Assembly: GCA_965277805.1 (NCBI GenBank)
Contig: OZ255842.1
Span: 832,001 to 896,000, forward strand
Length of the DNA stretch: 64,000 nt
Direction: 5' to 3'
DNA from: Candidatus Lustribacter sp.
GTDB taxonomy: Bacteria; Vulcanimicrobiota; Vulcanimicrobiia; Vulcanimicrobiales; Vulcanimicrobiaceae
A model generated the notes under the pieces. It worked only from the letters and a program-made list of their open reading frames with translations. It was not told the DNA's origin and ran no database searches. Shown here in pieces: positions 1 to 8,243 of this stretch (positions within the stretch are counted from its first letter, which is position 1; every line of letters begins with the position of its first letter). Position numbers and translations under genes: made by a program.

Positions 1-191
1 CCGCGTACGCCGCGCTCGAACGCGGTGAGACGAACCCGCTTTCCCGATTGCTTTCGGATGACGAACGGATCATTCGCTACATGGACCCGGCCGAAGTCCG
101 CTCGCAACTCGATCCCTCGACCCACGTGGGCGACGCACCCGCGCGCGCGCGCCGGCTCGCCCAGCGCGTTCGCGCCACGATAGGAAAGTAG
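1..191 (+). CDS. purB: Adenylosuccinate lyase, C-terminal end (partial)
   Basis: Frame from nt 3 reads AYAALERGETNPLSRLLSDDERIIRYMDPAEVRSQLDPSTHVGDAPARARRLAQRVRATIGK* (TAG 189-191); LDP.x.G tail typical of PurB; sits directly upstream of purC. Confidence 0.7.
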   Translation, partial: AYAALERGETNPLSRLLSDDERIIRYMDPAEVRSQLDPSTHVGDAPARARRLAQRVRATIGK

Positions 192-192
192 C

Positions 193-1380
193 ATGCAAAA
201 AGGGCGCGAGATCACGCGCGGCAAGACCAAGATCCTCTACGAAGCCGATGGTCAGCCCGATTTGGCCGTCATTCAGCAGATGGACGCGATCACGGCCGGC
301 GACGGCGCGCGGCGCAACGAGATCGAAGGCAAGGGACGCATTGCGGCCAAAACGACCGCGCGCGTATTCCGGCTCTTGAACCTGTGCGGCGTGCCTACCC
401 ACTACATCAGCGGCGGCGAAGACGACGACAACAACGAGATGCTCGTGCGCCGCGCGCAAATGATTCCGCTCGAAGTCGTGACGCGCGGCGTTGCGGCGGG
501 TTCGTTCGTCAAGCGCAAAGCCGGCGTCGCGCGGGGCGCGATCCTCGTGCCGCGGATCGTCGAGTTCTTCCTCAAGGACGACGCCAATCACGATCCGCTG
601 ATCGAGCCGGATGCGATCATCGGGCAGAACATCGCGACGCCGCAAGAGCTGGGCGTGATGAGCGAAATCGCTCGCATCGTGTACGAGATCCTCGCGCATG
701 CCTGGCGCCGCCACGACACGCTGCTGGTCGACATGAAGATCGAGTTCGGCCGCGTCGCCTCCGGCGAGCACAAGGGCCAGCTCGTGGTCGCCGACGTGAT
801 CGACAACGACGCCTGGCGCGTGTGGCCGCAGGGCCGCGAAGAGCTGATGCTCGACAAGCAGATGTACCGCAACCTGCCCAACGTCACCGACGCCGATCTG
901 GCGACGATCAAAGCCAACTACGAACAGGTGGCCGAGATCGTCGGCATGTTCCCGCTGATGCGGCCCGGCATGGTGGCGGTAATCGCCGACGGTCCCGAGT
1001 TCGTCGAGCGGGCCTCCGAGATCGCCCGCGCGTTGAGCGGCTTCGGCTTGCCCGCCGTGCGCCACGTCGCCTCGGCGGTGCGCACGCCGGGCTACGTGCT
1101 GCAACTCGTGACGCAGATCGACGCCACGTTCGCCCGCGCGCTGATCGTGACGGTCGGCTCGGGCGACGGTGCGCTGGCGAACATGATCGAGTATGCAACG
1201 GCCACGCCGGTCGTGCGTGCGCCCGCGACGGCCGACGTGAACCAGGTTGCGCTGCAGTGCGCGAAAGCGTTCTCGCTCGAGGATACGATCGTGTACGGCC
1301 GCGTGCTGCTCGTACAAGCGAACACGCGCTCCACGGTGCTGCAAGCCGACGCCACGTTGAACCAGCTCCCGACCGCGTGA
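193..1380 (+). CDS. purC: SAICAR synthetase fused to a degenerate PurE-like domain (PAICS-like architecture)
   Basis: GKTK, DAITAGDG, DMKIEFG and DVIDNDAWRVWP motifs; C-terminal ~140 aa PurE-like (VASAVRTP, TPVV). Confidence 0.9.
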   Translation: MQKGREITRGKTKILYEADGQPDLAVIQQMDAITAGDGARRNEIEGKGRIAAKTTARVFRLLNLCGVPTHYISGGEDDDNNEMLVRRAQMIPLEVVTRGVAAGSFVKRKAGVARGAILVPRIVEFFLKDDANHDPLIEPDAIIGQNIATPQELGVMSEIARIVYEILAHAWRRHDTLLVDMKIEFGRVASGEHKGQLVVADVIDNDAWRVWPQGREELMLDKQMYRNLPNVTDADLATIKANYEQVAEIVGMFPLMRPGMVAVIADGPEFVERASEIARALSGFGLPAVRHVASAVRTPGYVLQLVTQIDATFARALIVTVGSGDGALANMIEYATATPVVRAPATADVNQVALQCAKAFSLEDTIVYGRVLLVQANTRSTVLQADATLNQLPTA

Positions 1381-3683
1381 ACGAAACCCTCGACCGCGAT
1401 ACCGAACGCCTGATCGAGGAGCGCAAGCGCATCGGCGTCGCGCTTTCGCCGGACGAAGTGCGCGCGATCGTCGCGCACCTCGGCCGCATCCCGACCGATA
1501 CCGAGCTGTTCGCGTTCGACGCGCAGTGGAGCGAGCATTGCTCGTACAAGTCGAGCCGCCACTTTCTGCGCCGCTTGCCGACCGACGGGCCGACCGTGAT
1601 GCAAGGGCCGGCCGAAGACGCCGGTATCCTGCACTTGGGAACGTGGGAGGGCGAACGCTACGGCGTCGTCATCGCGCACGAGTCGCACAATCATCCCTCG
1701 CAAGTCGTGCCGTTCGAGGGCGCGGCGACCGGCGTCGGCGGGATCGTGCGCGACGTGCTGTGCATGGGCGCGGAGGTGATCGGCATCGCCGATCCGCTGC
1801 GGTTCGGCAGGCTCGAGGATCCGCACTGCCGGTACGTGGCGCAGAGCGTCGTCGACGGCATTGCGGCCTACGGCAACGCGATCGGCGTGCCGAACCTGGG
1901 CGGCGACGTCTACATCGACGAGTCGTTCGACGACAACGTGCTGGTCAACGTGGTCGCGCTCGGGCTCGTCAAAGAGCGCGAGATCATCCACTCGTTCGCG
2001 CCGCCGAACTCGATCGGCTACGACATCGTGCTCGTCGGCAAGGCCACCGACCGCAGCGGCTTCGGCGGCGCCTCGTTCTCCTCGCTGACGCTCGACGACG
2101 CCGATGCGGAAGCGAATAAAGGCGCGGTGCAAGTGCCCGATCCGTTCCTCAAGAACGTGATCATGCGCGCTTCGTATAAGGTGTTCGCCGAACTGCGCCG
2201 GCTCGGCATCGAGGCCGGCTACAAGGATCTCGGCGCGGGCGGATTCGCGGGCTGCAGCGCGGAGCTCTGTGCGGCCGGCGGGGTGGGCGCCGAAGTGGAA
2301 CTCGACCGCGTGCCGGTGTCGCAACGCGATCTGCCGCCCGCGGTCATCGCGATCGGCGAGACGCAAGAGCGCTTGTGCTGGATCGTGCCGCCGTCGTTCA
2401 CGCCGCTGCTGCTCGCCATTTATAACGAAGAGTTTTCGCTGCCGCGCATTTCGCGTTCGGCCGCGGCTGCCATCGTCGGCAAGGTGGTCGATGGATCGCG
2501 TTACGTCGCGCGCCACCGCGGCGAGGTCGTGATGGACGTCGATCTCGACTTCCTGACCGGCGGGGTCCGGTACAACCGGCCCTACACGATCGCGTTGCCG
2601 AATCCCGTGCCGCAAACGGCGCCGCTGCCGCGCTTCGGTGACGCGGGGACCGCGCTCGATGCGCTGCTCGCGCATCGCGACGTCGCCTCGCGGCGTTCGA
2701 TCTTCGAGCGTTACGACGGCGTCGTGCGCGGCACGACCGCGATCCCGCTCGGCGCCGCCGACGCGGGCGTGATCTCCCCGATTCCGGGTGCTCCGCTGGC
2801 CGTCGCGCTCGCGGTCGCCGGCAACCCCCGCTATGGGAAGATCGATCCGCAATTAGCGGCCGAACATGCGGTGCTCGAGGCCGTGCGCAACGTCGTTGCA
2901 GTCGGTGCGCGGCCGCTCGGGCTCACCGACTGTCTGAACTTCGGCGATCCGACCGATCCGGAACACCTCGGCGCGATGGTCGCCGCGATCGACGGCCTCG
3001 CGTATGCGGCGCGCCGCTTCGGCACGCCCTACGTCTCGGGTAACGTCAGCCTCTACAACCAGTCGAAGTCGGGCCGCACCGTCGCACCGTCGCCGATCGT
3101 TGCGTGCGTGGGCGGGATCGAGAACATCGCGCAGACCGCCAGCATGGCGTTCAAGCGGGCGGGTTCGGCGCTCTACTTCGTCGGCCGGCCGGAAGAACGC
3201 ACCGGCGGTTCCGTCTACGCGGATTTGCTCGGGATCGCGAACGCGATACTGCCCACGATCAGCTACGATCGCGTCGAGCGCGAGATCGCGCTGCTGCTGG
3301 CGGCGTACGCGGACGACCTCGTGCTGGCTGCCCACGACATTTCCGACGGCGGCGCGCTCACCGCGCTCGCCAAGATGGCGTTCGCGACCCAGAGCGGCGC
3401 GCGCATCGGCATGAAACTCAGCGAGTCCCCGCTGGACGGGCGCGCGGGCACCGCCGCCTTCACCGAAACGTGCGGCTTCATCGTCGAAGTCGGCGACGCG
3501 CCGAAGTTCGAAGCGCTCGCGCAAACACACGGTGCGGACGCGCTGCGCATCGGCGAAACGACGGCGGCCTATACGTTCGTGTTTGCGGGCGGCATCGAAC
3601 GCCCGCTCGACGTTCTTTACGAAACATGGTCGGCGCCGTTGCGCGACTTCTACGCACCGGCGTCCGTCGCAGGTGCGGCTTAG
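1377..3683 (+). CDS. purL: FGAM synthase subunit PurL (small type)
   Basis: GTG start overlapping the purC stop; WSEHCSYKS, HESHNHPS, GAATGVGG, DCLNFG, SGNVS and HDISDGG motifs. Confidence 0.95.
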   Translation: MNETLDRDTERLIEERKRIGVALSPDEVRAIVAHLGRIPTDTELFAFDAQWSEHCSYKSSRHFLRRLPTDGPTVMQGPAEDAGILHLGTWEGERYGVVIAHESHNHPSQVVPFEGAATGVGGIVRDVLCMGAEVIGIADPLRFGRLEDPHCRYVAQSVVDGIAAYGNAIGVPNLGGDVYIDESFDDNVLVNVVALGLVKEREIIHSFAPPNSIGYDIVLVGKATDRSGFGGASFSSLTLDDADAEANKGAVQVPDPFLKNVIMRASYKVFAELRRLGIEAGYKDLGAGGFAGCSAELCAAGGVGAEVELDRVPVSQRDLPPAVIAIGETQERLCWIVPPSFTPLLLAIYNEEFSLPRISRSAAAAIVGKVVDGSRYVARHRGEVVMDVDLDFLTGGVRYNRPYTIALPNPVPQTAPLPRFGDAGTALDALLAHRDVASRRSIFERYDGVVRGTTAIPLGAADAGVISPIPGAPLAVALAVAGNPRYGKIDPQLAAEHAVLEAVRNVVAVGARPLGLTDCLNFGDPTDPEHLGAMVAAIDGLAYAARRFGTPYVSGNVSLYNQSKSGRTVAPSPIVACVGGIENIAQTASMAFKRAGSALYFVGRPEERTGGSVYADLLGIANAILPTISYDRVEREIALLLAAYADDLVLAAHDISDGGALTALAKMAFATQSGARIGMKLSESPLDGRAGTAAFTETCGFIVEVGDAPKFEALAQTHGADALRIGETTAAYTFVFAGGIERPLDVLYETWSAPLRDFYAPASVAGAA

Positions 3684-4480
3684 TGTCGCGCGTCGCCGTC
3701 GTCGTCTTTCCCGGCACCAATAGCGAAGCCGAAACGCAGCGCGCGCTCGTCGCGGCCGGCACCGATGCGGAAATCGTGCACTGGAGCCGCGGTTCGGCCG
3801 CGCTGCGCGCGTTCGACGCGTACGTCTTGCCCGGCGGCTTCGCCTACGAAGACCGCGTGCGCGCCGGCGCCGTCGCCGCGCACGATGAAGTGATGGACGC
3901 GGTCGTCGAGGGCGCGCAGGCCGGCAAGTTCGTGATCGGGATCTGCAACGGCGCGCAAGTGCTGCTCGAAGCGGGGCTCGTGCCCGGCACGGGACCGCTG
4001 CGCCGCCCAACCGCCGCCTTCGCGCCGAATACGAGCGGCAAATTCATGTCGGTGCACGTCTTCGTCAAACTTGCGGTGTCGCACACGCGCGTTCCGCTGC
4101 TGGCGGGCCTGCCCGACGGAGCGGTGCTGCCGGCGTGGGCATCGCACGGTGAGGGGCGGTTGGCGGCGCCCGATGACGAACTGGATCGGATGGAACACAA
4201 CGGGCACGTCGCGTTCGTGTACTGCAACGCGCGCGGCGAGCGGGTTCCCGCGCCCAACGGCTCGGCGCGCGGCGTCGCCGGCCTCACGAACGTTGCGGGC
4301 AACGTGCTGGCGCTCATGCCGCATCCCGAGCGCGACGCCTGGACCTTCATGCATCGCGACAACGACCCGGAGAAACTGGCAGCGCGCGGCAACGTACAGG
4401 CGATGCTTGCGCCGTCGGGCGGCACGGCGTTTTTCCAAGCCTTCGCTGTGGGCCTGGCCGCGCGGCGGCTCATGCGATGA
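3683..4480 (+). CDS. purQ: FGAM synthase glutaminase subunit PurQ
   Basis: GTG start; VVFPGTN, LPGGF, GICNGAQ and MPHPER motifs (catalytic triad intact). Confidence 0.95.
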   Translation: MSRVAVVVFPGTNSEAETQRALVAAGTDAEIVHWSRGSAALRAFDAYVLPGGFAYEDRVRAGAVAAHDEVMDAVVEGAQAGKFVIGICNGAQVLLEAGLVPGTGPLRRPTAAFAPNTSGKFMSVHVFVKLAVSHTRVPLLAGLPDGAVLPAWASHGEGRLAAPDDELDRMEHNGHVAFVYCNARGERVPAPNGSARGVAGLTNVAGNVLALMPHPERDAWTFMHRDNDPEKLAARGNVQAMLAPSGGTAFFQAFAVGLAARRLMR

Positions 4481-4926
4481 GCGAGATCATCGAGCGCGCG
4501 TACGTCGTGACGCTGACGATTCCCGATAACGAGGCCTTCACCGCCCTCACGACGCTTGCCCGCATCGGCCTCGCCGTCGAGACGGCCGTCCGCTCCGACG
4601 TCTGGATCGCGAGCGTGGAAGCCGAGCACGCCCTGGCGCTCGACGGGACGATCACCACGATCGAGACCGTCTACAACCCAAACAAGCATCGCCTCGAGGT
4701 GCGCGAAGACGCCCGGCCGCGCTCCGGCGAGGTATGGATCACCGCTCATGACGAAACGCCTGCGATTACCATCGCGGGCCGAACCGTCGACGGTGTCCGG
4801 GGGATCGTGCGCCGCACGTCGTGGCGGCTGCTCGATCAAAACGGGGCCGACGTCCCGGCAGCCGTGCTCGATCGCGCGACCGAATCTTTCCTCTGCAATC
4901 CCGCGTTTCAAAAGGCAATACGATGA
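4477..4926 (+). CDS. purS: PurS-like protein, about double length (tandem domains)
   Basis: Overlaps the purQ stop; 149 aa with two NP motifs (VYNPNKH, LCNPAFQ) and a PDNEA motif resembling PurS DP. Confidence 0.55.
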   Translation: MSEIIERAYVVTLTIPDNEAFTALTTLARIGLAVETAVRSDVWIASVEAEHALALDGTITTIETVYNPNKHRLEVREDARPRSGEVWITAHDETPAITIAGRTVDGVRGIVRRTSWRLLDQNGADVPAAVLDRATESFLCNPAFQKAIR

Positions 4927-6002
4927 CGATGATGGTTCAGCCGTTCCTCCAGGGTGCTACGAGCGAACGGGACTCGTCGGAATTTTATACGATCGCCACG
5001 CTGGGCTCGCATTCGGCGCTGCAGATTCTCAAGGGCGCGCGCGATGAGGGCTTCAAGACGCTCGCTATCGCGAGTCCCGATACGGAGCGGTTGTACAAAT
5101 CGTTCGGCTTCATCGACGAAGTCATCACGATTCAGAAGTACTCCGAGTTCATGGACCTCGTGCCGGAACTCGAGAAGCGCAAGATCATCATCGTGCCGCA
5201 CGGATCGTTCGTGGCGTATCTCTCGCTCGACGATCACAAGAAGATGTCGATTCCCTACTTCGGGAACAAAGCCGTGCTCGATTGGGAAGCGAGCCGCGAA
5301 CTGCAGCGTCAGTGGCTGACGCGCGCCGGCCTCAAGGTACCGCGTCAGTTCCGCACCGGTGCCGAGATCGACCGGCCGGTCATCGTGAAGCTCTACGGCG
5401 CCCAGGGCGGCAAGGGCTACATGTTCTTGCGCAACTCGCAAGATTTCGATGAGCGCGCCGGCTTGCTCGCGCGGCAAGACTACATTTTGCAAGAGTACGT
5501 GATCGGCGTGCCGTTCTACATCCACTACTTCTACTCGCCGCTGACCGGGAAGCTCGAGATCATGTCGATGGACAGGCGCTACGAGACGAACGTCGATTCA
5601 CTCGGCCGCATTCCGTCGCGCGCGCAGGAAGGGATGGACATCGATCCGTCCTACGTCGTGGTCGGCAACTCGCCGCTCAGCCTGCGCGAATCGATGCTCG
5701 CCGAAGCCTACCGCATGGGCGAAGACGTCGTGCGCGTCAGCCAAGAGATCTGCGGTCCGAAGGGCCTCTTCGGCGCGTTCTGCATCGAGACGATCATCAC
5801 GCCCGACGCGCAGTTCTATATCATGGAAGTTTCTGCGCGCATCGTTGCGGGAACGAACCTGTTCATTGACGGGTCGCCGTACTCGTACCTGAACTACAGC
5901 GAGCCGATGTCGACCGGGCGCCGGATCGCCCGCGAGATCAAGAATGCGCTGCTCTCCAATTCACTTAATGCGGTCCTGGACGATTCCACGCAAGTTTCGT
6001 AA
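4923..6002 (+). CDS. purP: Formate-dependent FAICAR synthetase (archaeal-type ATP-grasp)
   Basis: IATLGSHSALQI, PHGSFVAY, YFGN, DRRYETN, EVSARIVAGTN and MSTGRRIAREIK motifs. Confidence 0.9.
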   Translation: MTMMVQPFLQGATSERDSSEFYTIATLGSHSALQILKGARDEGFKTLAIASPDTERLYKSFGFIDEVITIQKYSEFMDLVPELEKRKIIIVPHGSFVAYLSLDDHKKMSIPYFGNKAVLDWEASRELQRQWLTRAGLKVPRQFRTGAEIDRPVIVKLYGAQGGKGYMFLRNSQDFDERAGLLARQDYILQEYVIGVPFYIHYFYSPLTGKLEIMSMDRRYETNVDSLGRIPSRAQEGMDIDPSYVVVGNSPLSLRESMLAEAYRMGEDVVRVSQEICGPKGLFGAFCIETIITPDAQFYIMEVSARIVAGTNLFIDGSPYSYLNYSEPMSTGRRIAREIKNALLSNSLNAVLDDSTQVS

Positions 6003-7083
6003 CGTCGCTGCCGCCATCGCGCTGGCGGCTCTGGTTCCCATCGCGGCGCAAGCCACGTTGCAGACGGACCCCAACGCGCTCACCCGCACGATGAAGGCCG
6101 CCTTCGATCGGGGCGTTGCGAACGGCTGGCACTTTGCCGACGACGTGTATTATTTCTCGACCGTCCTCGACGCCGGCCGGGCCTACGACCTCGTCCGCCG
6201 CGACGACCCCGATAACCTCAAGCTGGAAGGCACCACGCTCGACATCGCCGCCAAGCTGCATTACGACCCGCTGATCAACCGGGACGCTGCCGAGTGGTAC
6301 GTCCGCGAGGCAGCCGCTGCGTACGCCGAAGATCCGGTGCGCGGTCCGGCGGCCAAAGCGCTGCTGCTCAAGCTCGAGCTCGACGATGCTAGTCCGGCGC
6401 GCCTCGCGCAGGACGGTGACGCCGATGCCACGCTCAACGCGACGGGCGCGCCGAATGACGTCGAGGCACTGCTCGAACAAGTGGACGCCGATTTGCGCGC
6501 CTACCTGATCACGAACGACACACATTACCGTTCGCTGGCGCTCTTGCGCGCGGCGCAGCCGGGGTTCCCGATCGGGCTCGTGCCCGACGACACCGGGAAG
6601 CCGCTATGGGCGGCAGCGGAAGCGGCGCGTAACGGCACGGCCGGCTACAGCGACGTCGACCATCAGGCGGCCGTTGCGATGTACTCGCACAAAGCCGCGG
6701 CGAAGGTGTTGCCGACGATCGGGCGCGTGCTCTCGCACAACGCCTACCTCGTGATTACGGCGCCGGCCGACGAGTACTTCGGCCAGACGAAACTCTCGCC
6801 GATCGGCGTCCGGAACGAGCTGGCCCGCATCGGCAAGTACCTCGACGCGGGCTGGGGCAACCGGATGACGAAGGACACGCTCTGGGTGATCGACTCGCTC
6901 GAGGACTGGCAGCACCAGTACCCGCGCGATTACGAGCTCCCGCGCCTCTTGCTGCAGACATATAAAACGCTGGGGCGCATGGACTCTCCCGAAGCCGAGA
7001 AAGCCGAAGCCGACGTGCGCCGAACCCTCACGGTCGACTACAACGGAACGACCGAAGCCCGCTCGATCTTGATGCCGGGATGA
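5968..7083 (+). CDS. Secreted, probably helical hypothetical protein inside the pur operon
   Basis: Signal-peptide-like RKFRNVAAAIALAALVPIAAQA; overlaps both flanking purP genes; start uncertain (5944 or 5968). Confidence 0.7.
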   Translation: MRSWTIPRKFRNVAAAIALAALVPIAAQATLQTDPNALTRTMKAAFDRGVANGWHFADDVYYFSTVLDAGRAYDLVRRDDPDNLKLEGTTLDIAAKLHYDPLINRDAAEWYVREAAAAYAEDPVRGPAAKALLLKLELDDASPARLAQDGDADATLNATGAPNDVEALLEQVDADLRAYLITNDTHYRSLALLRAAQPGFPIGLVPDDTGKPLWAAAEAARNGTAGYSDVDHQAAVAMYSHKAAAKVLPTIGRVLSHNAYLVITAPADEYFGQTKLSPIGVRNELARIGKYLDAGWGNRMTKDTLWVIDSLEDWQHQYPRDYELPRLLLQTYKTLGRMDSPEAEKAEADVRRTLTVDYNGTTEARSILMPG

Positions 7084-8222
7084 TTTCACCTGGTCCCGGG
7101 CTCGCCAAGACGCTCGCGATGTACGACGCGTCGAACCTGACGCTGTCGTCGATCGGCAGTCATTCCGCACTCGACGTTGCCTCGGGTGCGAAAGCTGCCG
7201 GCTTGCGGAACCTGATCATCACCGAGCGCGGCCGCGAGCGGACGTACACCGAGCACTACGCGGTGCAATCCGATCCTCCACGCGGCTGCGTCGATGCGAC
7301 GATCGTGCTCGAACGCTTCACCGATCTGCTCGATGCGAACGTGCAAGAGAACTTGATCGAGCAGAACGTGATCTTCGTTCCGAACCGTTCGTTTGAAGTG
7401 TACCTGCACCAGAAGTTCTCCTACGACGAGATCGAGCGCGGGATGCGCTGCCTGTTCTTCGGCAACCGGCGTCTGCTGCGCGCTGAAGAACGCGATGAGG
7501 AAAACAACCAGTACACGCTGATGCAGGCGGCGGGCATCGCCTTTCCCAAGCAGTTCGCGCGCGCCGCGGAGATCGACCGGCTCGTCATGGTCAAGGCGCC
7601 GCATGCGAAGATCTCGTTCGAACGCGCGTTCTTTCTCGCGCGCTCACCGGAAGAATTCGCCGCGAAGTCGGAGCACCTCATCGACGCCGGGATCGTGACG
7701 CGCGAGGGCGTGCGCGGCGCGGTCATCGAGGAATACGCGCTCGGACCGACGGTCAACCTGAATTTCTTCTACTCGCCGCTGCTCGACGAACTGGAACTCC
7801 TCGGCACCGACACGCGCCGCCAGACGAACCTCGACGGCTTGCGCGGTCTGCCGTTCTCGCAAGCGCAGCAACTCGCCGACGAGCCGGTGCGGATGGAAGA
7901 AGCGGGCCACATCGCAACGACCTTGACCGAGTCGATGCTGGAGAAGGCGTTCGAGATGGGCGAAAGGTTCGTGCGTGCGACGCAGTACGCCGATCCGCCG
8001 GGCATCATCGGGCCGTTTGCGCTGCAGTGCGTGATCGTTGCCGGACCGCCGAAGCGCTTCATCTGCTACGACGTGTCGATGCGGATCCCGGGATCGCCGG
8101 GCACGCGCTACACGCCGTACACCGCCTATCGCTGGGGGCGCGACGTTTCGGTCGGCGAGCGCATTGCGATGGAAGTCGTGATGGCGCGCGACCAGAATCG
8201 CCTCGGCGAGGTCTTGACCTGA
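7080..8222 (+). CDS. Second PurP-family ATP-grasp protein (DUF1246/DUF1297 type)
   Basis: IGSHSALDV, FVPNRSF, FFGNRRLLRAEER, FERAFF, DTRRQTN, IIGPFALQ and GERIAME motifs. Confidence 0.88.
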   Translation: MISPGPGLAKTLAMYDASNLTLSSIGSHSALDVASGAKAAGLRNLIITERGRERTYTEHYAVQSDPPRGCVDATIVLERFTDLLDANVQENLIEQNVIFVPNRSFEVYLHQKFSYDEIERGMRCLFFGNRRLLRAEERDEENNQYTLMQAAGIAFPKQFARAAEIDRLVMVKAPHAKISFERAFFLARSPEEFAAKSEHLIDAGIVTREGVRGAVIEEYALGPTVNLNFFYSPLLDELELLGTDTRRQTNLDGLRGLPFSQAQQLADEPVRMEEAGHIATTLTESMLEKAFEMGERFVRATQYADPPGIIGPFALQCVIVAGPPKRFICYDVSMRIPGSPGTRYTPYTAYRWGRDVSVGERIAMEVVMARDQNRLGEVLT

Positions 8223-8243
8223 CCCTCTAGCGAACGGGAGAGC

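Noticed and set aside
384-1376. N-terminal 331-aa extension of PurL in the ORF track
   Set aside because: Arg-rich off-frame read of purC; PurL similarity begins at GTG 1377.
70-4438. Long antisense ORFs (70..1344, 1092..2852, 2853..4010 and similar ones across the window)
   Set aside because: Shadow ORFs of GC-rich genes with no motifs, lying opposite well-supported CDSs.
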